Origin: Eledone cirrhosa
Taxonomy: Eukaryota
Direction: 5' to 3'
DNA: 64,000 nt
NCBI GenBank assembly: GCA_964016885.1
Contig: OZ024740.1
Span: 91,822,001 to 91,886,000, forward strand
The notes under the pieces are model-generated. The model made no database searches. It was not told where the DNA came from and saw nothing but the letters and a program-made list of their open reading frames with translations. Positions 55,503 through 64,000 of the stretch are shown here, piece after piece; positions within the stretch are counted from its first letter, which is position 1, and every line of letters begins with the position of its first letter. The position numbers and the translations under genes were made by a program.

Positions 55503-58500
55503 GATTTCATTTATTAGTCACAAGGGCCGACATGTAGGGGACAATACAAAGACAGGGACAGGTGGAGATTACAAAAGATTGCCAAAAGTAGAAACAAATA
55601 TGCACTTTTACTCGACCTTATTGTAATCTCCCACTGTCCCTGTCTTTGTATTGTCCCCTACATGTCGGAGTAAAAGTGCATAATGGCAAGACTGATTTAA
55701 CAATGAAGAATTAAAAAATATAAAATAAACTATGAATAAATATAACAAAATAAATTCCCTGATATGGGTTGGACGACCCTGGGGTGACTCGGGACCCCAC
55801 CAACCCTGAACCACCCTGTGCTTCTAGGGCACCCATGGAGAGCACCCCTCTCCTCAAGTTAGCTAGCCTAGAGGTGCATGGTCGGAGTAGGCCCATTCAC
55901 ACGGGCCATTCTCGCCACATTCATCCACCTTTTAGCAAATGTACCGGGGGCAGCACTTCTCTCTCCACCCTCACCTTCCTTTCCAGGTGAAACTTGAAGA
56001 AGTTGATGAGGGATTGGCCGAAGAGAAAAGTGTCTGTCTTCAGTCCTTTTAATCTGGTCCACCATATACCATCTTTCACAACTGCTACCAGGCAGAGGAA
56101 AATGTCCTGCTCTCCTGACCTATGGAAGGCGGCGGATCGATCTTCACTATGGACTCGGCCGATAGCCGGATTCGTCCCACACGCCACAGTAGCTGTTCGA
56201 CATGACTCCACATGTCAGTAATGCACGGATATTGGACAAGTGCGTCCAGAAAAGTTTCGTCATTCTGTGCGCATCTTGGGCAGGTCCGTCTGACAGCACG
56301 TCCGTGCCTGTAGAGTTTATCCCGACCAGGCAGTGCCCCCGGTAGCACTGCCAAGCGAGGGATTTATGGAAATTGTCCATTGCCCCCGGCTCGAAAGTCC
56401 TCCGGTACAGAATGGTCAGTTCGACTTCGTCGAGGCCCAAAGCTTCTCCGAGTGCGTCATCGCACTTCCCACCACTAATCCTCTATAAAACTCGAGAGTC
56501 GAAGCTCCACTGATGGCATTGCCCGCTTGGCAGAGGGCAGTGAGAGCCTGGCAACATTCCAGGTGCCAGTCACAAAGGCTCGGTCTCTTTTTACACAGGA
56601 CTGCTGCTCAGTCAAAGAAACGAGCTGCAGAAAGGCCGGTCTGATAAACATGCGACCACACCTGTTCACCGTTTAGGCAGAATATCTGGAGATGTCGCAG
56701 TCTCAACGCATGTCTGCGCATCATTAGCCTCGGCAAGCCCAGCCCTCTGCGAAGTGGGTGCTGGCAGCAGATGGACCGCCTCACCAACGGAACTTGTCCC
56801 CTCCACAATAATTTGAAGAGGAGCCGTTCAAAATTAACGAGGCGCGAACGGGGGCAAGGCACGACGGTCAGGCGGTAGTAGATGACAGACGCGGTGTACG
56901 CATTAGCCACCTCCGCGCGACCTTTCAGTGATAGCTACCCACAAACCCATTTTTGGGTGAGACAGGCTACTCTGTTCGTTACCTCGTCCCAATTCTTTTC
57001 CACCTGGAGGTATGGTCCGAACCAAGGCCAGAGCAGCTTTACCGGTCCGTCCGTCCATCACCCTACGAGGCTGTTGGACGACATAGGCTTCTCTCTCCAG
57101 GTTCCGAGCTGCAAGCTCACCTAATTTTCCGGGTTAAGTTTGGTTCCTATCAAGCTTTCATATTCCTTCAGTAAGGTGCCGACCACCTCGATTTCTGAGG
57201 TGTTCGAGACCATCACGGTGATGTCGTCTGCATAAGCCGACACCGCCTTTCCACGTCCCGGTTCGAGTGGGATGCCCTGCAACAGCTCCAGCTTCCGCAG
57301 TAACGGCTCGAGAGTCAATACGTACAGAAGGGAAGAGAGAGGGTACCCTTGACGGACCGATCTGGAGAGCCGAAATGATTCCGAGAGGTGGCAATTAACC
57401 TTGACCACCGATCATGTGCCGCTGTGCATTGCAGCGATCCAGCTTCTGAAGACATGGTAGAAGCCAGTTGCTTTGAGGACAAACTCCAGATACTGATGGT
57501 CGACCCTATCGAATACTTTCGATTGATCTAAATTGATCAGTGCCCCACCGAAGCCAGGATTACACCCTACCCACTCGAATGAGATTGTCGTGTATGGGCT
57601 TGGCTGGGATTGCGCAAGTTTGCATCTCCCCAACCAAATCCTCGACGCCAAGGGCCAATCTCTTTGCCGAAATCTTGGCCAAAATCTTAAACTCTGTGTT
57701 GAGCAGAGTTATGGGCCTGAAGTTGTGTAATATATCCCTCCTGTTTTCGTCTTTCCTTATCAGTGTCACCCCCCCCTGCTCACAGAACTGTGAATACTCC
57801 CATTCTGTTGCCAGTTGCAGAAGAGTGCTTGGAGGAGATCGGAGAACAAGTCTGGCGTAAAGCTCATAGGGCAGGCCACCCAAACCGGGTGACTTGCGCC
57901 CGATGCAGCCGACAAGGGCGTACTGAATTTCGGCTGAAGTAATCGGCCTTTCGCAGCGCTCAGCATCGAGCGTCGAAATGCACGGCAAGCCGTCAAGGTG
58001 GGGACTGTAATCCGCTAATCTCTCTGACTCGCCACTCTCCCCGAACAATCGAGAAAAGTGCTGGCGAAAGGCCTCACACAACCGCTTGGAATCGTTTATC
58101 TCGTGTCCATCTCGGTCAGCCAAAGACCGAATTGTGGTTTTATTACCACGCTGCGCCTCCACCAAGCGAGCCCATTGAACTGCTTCCGTTCCCTCGTTTC
58201 TCAGCGCCCGCGCCTTAGCTCTGACAATGCAACCTTCGTGTTTCGCATTGAAGAAATGGTTCAATGCCATTCTCGCCGCTAGCACGTCAGTTGCAATGCC
58301 ACTACAAATAGCCTCGTCTAACTTATGAACCACCTCCCACTATTTTCTATTTTTCTCTAACGCTAGTTCTTTACTGAACTCTATCGAAGTTACTCTAATC
58401 TCTCTTTTCAGAGCCACCACCATCTGTTGTTGATGATCCCCCCCCCCCTTTCAACTTTTGCTTAACTAAATTGTTGACACGGTCCCTGTAAGACTTACGT

Positions 58501-61456
58501 GCCGGAAATGATATGTTCAGCTTCCAGTAATCCGGTCCCAACCTACGCGTTTTATCTAGGTCGACCATACAGATCACAAATTTGTGATCTGAATAGGCGA
58601 CCGTTTTAAAGTGTGGGTAGCCTACACTATTTCTATCTATTTCTATCTATTTTCCTAATGAAGATCATGTCTATATACGATCTAAATGAGCCCATTCGGC
58701 TGGTCCATGTCCATACTGGCACATTGGGGAAATCTAGTCGATACATGTGAGACAGTTGGACCTGGCTGAGTAGGTGCTTGAGGCTTTTGCGCCGCCCACT
58801 CCTACCAGCTACACCCACACAATCCCAGCGTGCATCTAAGATGCCTTTCCAGTCCTCCGCTAACAGTAAAAGGCGAGACGTACCCAGAAAGGTTTCCAGG
58901 TGCCTAAAGAAGTCCGATCGTCTGGCCCCTGTAGGGGCGTAGACGGGCAGCAGTCTAAAGACACCACCTTCGCTACTGCTCACATCCAAGACCACCAACT
59001 TACCGTCCGGGTCCCGGAAGATCCACCTTACCTCGAGTTCCAGTGCTTTCCTAAACAGCACTGACACTCCGCGTCCCATTCCCGGCCTGCTAACAGATGC
59101 GAAGATCTGATAATCCGCAAAAATTGGGGCTAGTGCGCGCGTGTCGGAAATGTTAGTCTCGCTGACGGTAATCACATATATTTCCAGCGACCTGATGTCG
59201 TTCAGCAGGTTACCCTGCTTCCAGGGTAACCCCAATTCGCGAACAATTAAACTTCTTACTGGTAATATGGCCATGTTGGCGAGCTAAAAGAGAGAGGGAA
59301 GGTTTAGTTACCCCCCGGGGTCTTGTAAAGGTCGGGTGTTTCGACCTCCATGGTAGGTGGGGTTTCTTTTGGGAACCCCTTTAAAAGTCTCGATATGGGT
59401 TTCACATTCGCGTTCCCACGTCTTGAGGAAAGCTCTCCCGAATTTATTTGAAGGAATCGAGTGAGATTCGAACCAAAAGCAAATCTTCAGGCACGCAAAA
59501 TGTGCTCATTTCAAAAATCTCCCCCCCTGTGTCTGAATGTCCTCGCTTCGTGCTAAGAGGTCCATCATTTTATCGTTGGCCCCTGTGCCAAGCACGAAGA
59601 TTTTAACATTTTGTTGGTGTGGTTAAATTTCTTTTCGTTTTGGTGACTGTGGTGGTGATGGTTTTGGTGGTGTTGTTTCGGGTATGTCTGTGTCTGAGGT
59701 CGGTGTGGTGTTTGCAATTTCAGGTATGTGTTTGTTTATTTGTACTCGTGTTTGTTTAGGTTGTTTGCGTTTAAGTGGATTGTGGGGGTGGTGTCGATGT
59801 TGCTGTTGGTGCTGATTTTATTGGGGAGGTGTTTGCGTTAGTGGTGTCTGTATTATTTGTTGTGTATGTTTTTTTATTTTGCTGTGGCTTTTTTTGGTGA
59901 GTTTTCTCTGTTTTTTGGCACTTTTGGGTTTTCCATCATCTGCGCTGCTGGAAGACAAATGGTATGTGGCTTTGGGTGTCTCTCTATCTGTGTGTGCGTT
60001 TATTGTTTTGTCTATGTTTATAATTGCGGGGGGGGGGGGGGTGCTTTCCTCGTTTACCCCTTGTATTGGTTTCGGTGTTGGTGGTAGTCCGTCTGTTTTT
60101 GATGTTGGTATCCGTGTCTTTGTTGGTGTTGTATTTGGTGGTGGTGGTGCAGCTTTCGGTGCTGACACTGGCGTGGGCGACAAAGGGGGTTTCCGACACC
60201 TTAATTTTTGCGCTGAGGGCAGACGGCTGGCAGATGCATTGCTTCCCCGCAGATGAAGCAGTGGGCCCTTCTTTCCTCAGTGATTAGTTGGATTGTTGTC
60301 CCGTCCTGCAGGCGGGCAAAATCCGGGATTTTGTTCATGTCCTCCGGTTTCATTTAGGAAAGAATCTCCAAATCCATTCCTGACCAGTCTTTTCTCTCTG
60401 TCATTTTATTATCCAGGAGCATCCCAGCAGCCACCATATGTTCATTCCTGCTGGGATGCTGGGAATGCGGACATTTACTGTCCTTTTACCCATGTACGAC
60501 GGGTGCATGATAATGCGTTCCGTTCTGCAGTTGGTCACGGAGTGTTTAATAGCAAGGGCCTCGGTTTTGAACAGTCGCGAGATGGTACCTTACTGTTTGG
60601 CTATTTCTTTATACTCTATGTTACTTCCGATGTACTCCAAAGTAGCCTCGACCTGTGGTTGGCTGGAAAGTTCCACTTTTCGTGTCTGCACCGAAATGCA
60701 TCGAAAAAACACCGTCCTCCTTTGCATGGCCGCTATTGCCCCCTCCTGGATGGTCAGGTTTGCCCAGGACTTCTCCCGTTTAATTAGCATCCACGCCTGG
60801 GCCAACTATTCGTCATTATCGCTTATATCAATATCAATAAGCGCTTTGTTTTTTTGCTGCTGCTGCAGCAAATGTGGTGCCTCTATTGCTCTTGCTGTTG
60901 GTGTTGTCGTGCTTGCTGTTGTTATCGGTGTTGTTGTTGTTGTTTTGTTTATTGTTGCTGTTGCCACCGCCATCTGTGTTTACACAGAAGCTGTCGGTAT
61001 TATTGTCGTTGTTGCTCTGAGTTGTTGTTATTGAGGTGGTGGTGGTGATGTCGTTTTCAGATGATACTGCTGCTGGCACAGAAAGGAGCGGTTTTGATCG
61101 TAGCTTTTGTGTTTTGCCTTCACATCCAGTGGAATGGAAGACAGGCATGTCTGTAGCTGTCGTAGTCGCGGTGAAATCTACTGTGGTTGCTTTTGAACTT
61201 TTGACCTGAATGTTGTTTACCGTTTCAAGGTCGAACATTTCCATACTTTTTCTTTTTTCGTGGGAAGTGATTTTTTTTTGAAGTTTTTAAAATAAATCTG
61301 AATATTCGGGCTTAAAGTCAAAATATTGAGGGGTATCCCTACCTTCAAATTAAGGTGGTTACCATATGTCTCGTTAACGACAAACAAATACAACAAATGA
61401 TACATTAAAACAGCTTAAAGTTACGAACCTTTTCCTTCGCAGACTTGTGCGTCTTC
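55503..61456 (-). mobile_element. Near full-length, decayed Tx1-clade LINE (Tx1-2, sister subfamily of Tx1-1)
   Basis: ORF1 remnants from 61244; ORF2 from 59274 with APE, NFRPITLLN, AYADD and CPRC zinc knuckle. Confidence 0.92.
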
Positions 61457-61469
61457 AAACATGTGCGTA

Positions 61470-61474
61470 ACAAC

Positions 61475-61529
<55 letters not shown>
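61470..61529. repeat. (AAT)n microsatellite between the Tx1-2 and Dong-2 5' ends
   Basis: Directly visible. Confidence 0.95.
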
Positions 61530-61694
61530 GGGAAGAAGACGCACGAGGTGACGGAGGTCATGAAATCGCTCCCGTAAGTTTTGAATTTTTAACATATTTA
61601 AATCATTTGTGAAATAACAACTCTTAGTACAAATGCTACGTAAAGCACCCGGCTTGAGCCCCAAAAAATTCGGACCCAAAATATATTGTTATAA

Positions 61695-62352
61695 GGCTCA
61701 AATATTCAAATATTCAACTTTGTATTGTACACTGTATATCCCAAAAAAAATGGCTATAAATGGAAGAAGAAGAACCCCCCCCCCCTCCTCTCCTCTGGCT
61801 ACACTATATAGGACAGCTAAACTCACCAACACCAGAAACTAGATACACCGCCCACCCCATCATCTGTGTACACTAAACACAACAGCATTTTCACCTTCAC
61901 CGCCACCGCTCACTACGGCCATCATTACCACCACTATCCCATCACCGCCGCCACCACCCCTTGACTCCTTCACTGCTGCTGCCACCGCTACAGCACCATC
62001 ACTACAGTAATACGGCTCAAATATTCAAATATTCAACTCAACTTTGTATTGTACACTGTATATCCAAAAAAAAAATAAATAAATAAATAAAATGGCTATA
62101 AATGGAAGAAGAAGAACCCCCCTCCTCTCCTCTGGCTACACTATATAGGACAGCGAAACTCACCAACACCAGAAACTAGATACACCACCCACCCCATCAT
62201 CTGTGTACACTAAACACAACAGCATTTTCACCTTCACCGCCACCGCTCACTACGGCCATCATTACCACCACTATCCCATCACCGCCGCCACCACCCCCTG
62301 ACTCCTTCACTGCTGCTGCCACCGCTACAGCACCATCACTACAGTAATACGG
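61695..62352 (+). repeat. Tandem duplication of a ~320-340 bp unit in the Dong-2 leader
   Basis: 61695-62013 is near-identical to 62014-62352. Confidence 0.9.
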
Positions 62353-62921
62353 TCGCATCACCGCCACCACTGCCTCGGTATCGACATCACCGCCACCACT
62401 GTCTCAGTATCGCCAACGCCGCTAGTCTCTGCTGGCTACCACTTCCACATTATAGAATTCCTACTACTAACAAAGAGGAAGGCATCAAAATATATAGATA
62501 GATTCAAAAGAAAAAAGAAAAAACAAACAGCAAAAGCAGCACAGCAACAACAGTAAAAAACGAGAAAAACAGAGAAAAACAAAAACAAAAAAAGAAACCC
62601 CAAAAACGTAAAGAAAATAAGAATGAAGAGAGAAGCAGGCGGACGGACAGAGAAGAGGGGGGAAAAAGTAAAACTTAAAAAACAAAAACTAAGTCAGACA
62701 TTCGAATACTACATTACAATGAAACTTATGCTTATTCATTTTTGGGGCCCTTTCTGCCCGTGTGTTTGTTTGTTTATGTGTGTCCGTATACAGCGTGGTG
62801 ATAATGCCACACAAGGGCCAAGTGGGATGGCGGATCCACAGATGGCTATGTAAACATACATTCGCCAATCCTCGATAAGAGTGTTTAAATATCGAACATA
62901 AACAGTTCGAATAACGGTGAA

Positions 62922-64000
62922 ATGGAGACTAGAACGTCATGTGACAGACTCTCACCCAACAGGTGCCCCCTGGCTCAGCAGCAGGAACCTGACTGTCAAC
63001 GAAATACTGCTGATGTTGGAGGAAGAAGAAGAAGGAAAGGGGCCAGAACCAACTGGACGAAAGAATTGAATAGAACTGTTATGCAATGCTACCTGAAAAG
63101 TAACCCCAAGGAGAGGGGCTACAGGAGACGGATGCATAACATCTGGAACGAGATTGGTTTATTTAAATTAGATGAACAAAAATTGGCCGGGCAGGCTCGG
63201 GTAATAAGAACTAATGGGTGGATAAGCGAGCTGGAACTGGAGGAACTGAGCAGAGAGAATGGCTTGGAGATGGCGGGTGTAGTATGCCAGACAAGCGAGC
63301 CGGCGGGAAATGAAGGTGAGGAGGTCCTGAGAGCGGAGGAACCACCCGAAGCAGACAATGATCTGAATACTGAGATAAATAATACCTGGAACAGAGATAC
63401 GGCCACTGAGGAGATGAATGCTGACGGGCTAGGACAAGATTCGGTTGACATCCTAAATTTAGTGGTAGATGAGTTGAACAATGATAGTGGGAGACCTATG
63501 AACCTAAGATTTGTAGACAGGAAAAAGTTAAAAGAAACAACAGCTAAGGTAAACAAAGTCATCCCATACCTTGAGGCGAGGAGTCTTCACCAGTGCAACA
63601 ATATCCTCAAAGCAACAGCAAATACGGTGAGGAAACTACTTGGTATAAAAGCGAGAGGAAACAACAGACAAGAAAGAGCAGAGCCGTGGTGGAAGAAGCG
63701 ACTGAGTGGGCAAATCGGGGAAATGAGAAATGACATAGGAAAGCTTGAGTCACTACTGAATGGGACACTAAAAAACATAGGCACTAAAAATAGACTGGAA
63801 ATAAAATACAAAACTAGGAGTAAAAAGCTAAACATTATCATAGAGGAATTGAAGCAACGCATTGTAGCAAAGAGTGCCAAAATCAGGCGATACGAGAACA
63901 GAGTCAGTCAGTATAAACAGAACCGCATGTTCGACAACAACCAGAAGATGCTGTTTGGACAGCTTGAGGGGAAAGAAAGAGGCACCGACTTGATCCCTGG
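62922..64000 (+). CDS. Dong-2 ORF N-terminal part, apparently open to the window end
   Basis: Manual translation METRTSCD..WTKELNRTVMQCY..GYRRRMHNIW..EQKLAGQARVIR..PWWKKRL..KIRRYE..QNRMF; absent from the ORF track, probably because no stop is reached. Confidence 0.7.
   Translation, partial: METRTSCDRLSPNRCPLAQQQEPDCQRNTADVGGRRRRKGARTNWTKELNRTVMQCYLKSNPKERGYRRRMHNIWNEIGLFKLDEQKLAGQARVIRTNGWISELELEELSRENGLEMAGVVCQTSEPAGNEGEEVLRAEEPPEADNDLNTEINNTWNRDTATEEMNADGLGQDSVDILNLVVDELNNDSGRPMNLRFVDRKKLKETTAKVNKVIPYLEARSLHQCNNILKATANTVRKLLGIKARGNNRQERAEPWWKKRLSGQIGEMRNDIGKLESLLNGTLKNIGTKNRLEIKYKTRSKKLNIIIEELKQRIVAKSAKIRRYENRVSQYKQNRMFDNNQKMLFGQLEGKERGTDLIP

Larger units (their letters stand above)
61530..64000 (+). 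mobile_element. R4/Dong-clade element, 5' part (Dong-2), continues past the window
   Basis: Collinear with 25490-27605. Confidence 0.9.

Overview
AT-rich animal genomic DNA with no recognisable host exon. The tRNA-headed SINE family and the extreme (TA)n load suggest octopus or another cephalopod (inference). Roughly 75% of the window is retroelements and microsatellites, arranged in two kinds of landing pad. (1) (TA)n tracts at 8.2-19.6 kb and 35.6-48.5 kb carry a Neptune-type Penelope-like element (PLE) with an uninterrupted RT+GIY-YIG frame and a Naiad-type PLE. They also carry a series of short non-coding fold-back elements from several unrelated families. Most share one architecture: two head-to-head arms, one ending at a fixed site and the other running on into a unique tail. 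Several PLE-type ends carry minimal hammerhead ribozyme motifs. (2) (AAT)n tracts carry Tx1-clade LINEs (minus strand) and R4/Dong-clade elements (plus strand). Twice these form a head-to-head Tx1/Dong pair whose 5' leaders share collinear motifs although the two clades are unrelated. There is also a ~7 kb nested palindrome (41.1-48.2 kb), a twin-primed Tx1 insertion with its TSD, and old CR1, CRE, RTE and mariner fragments. Clade calls come from recognised protein motifs only, no database search was run, and boundaries are approximate.
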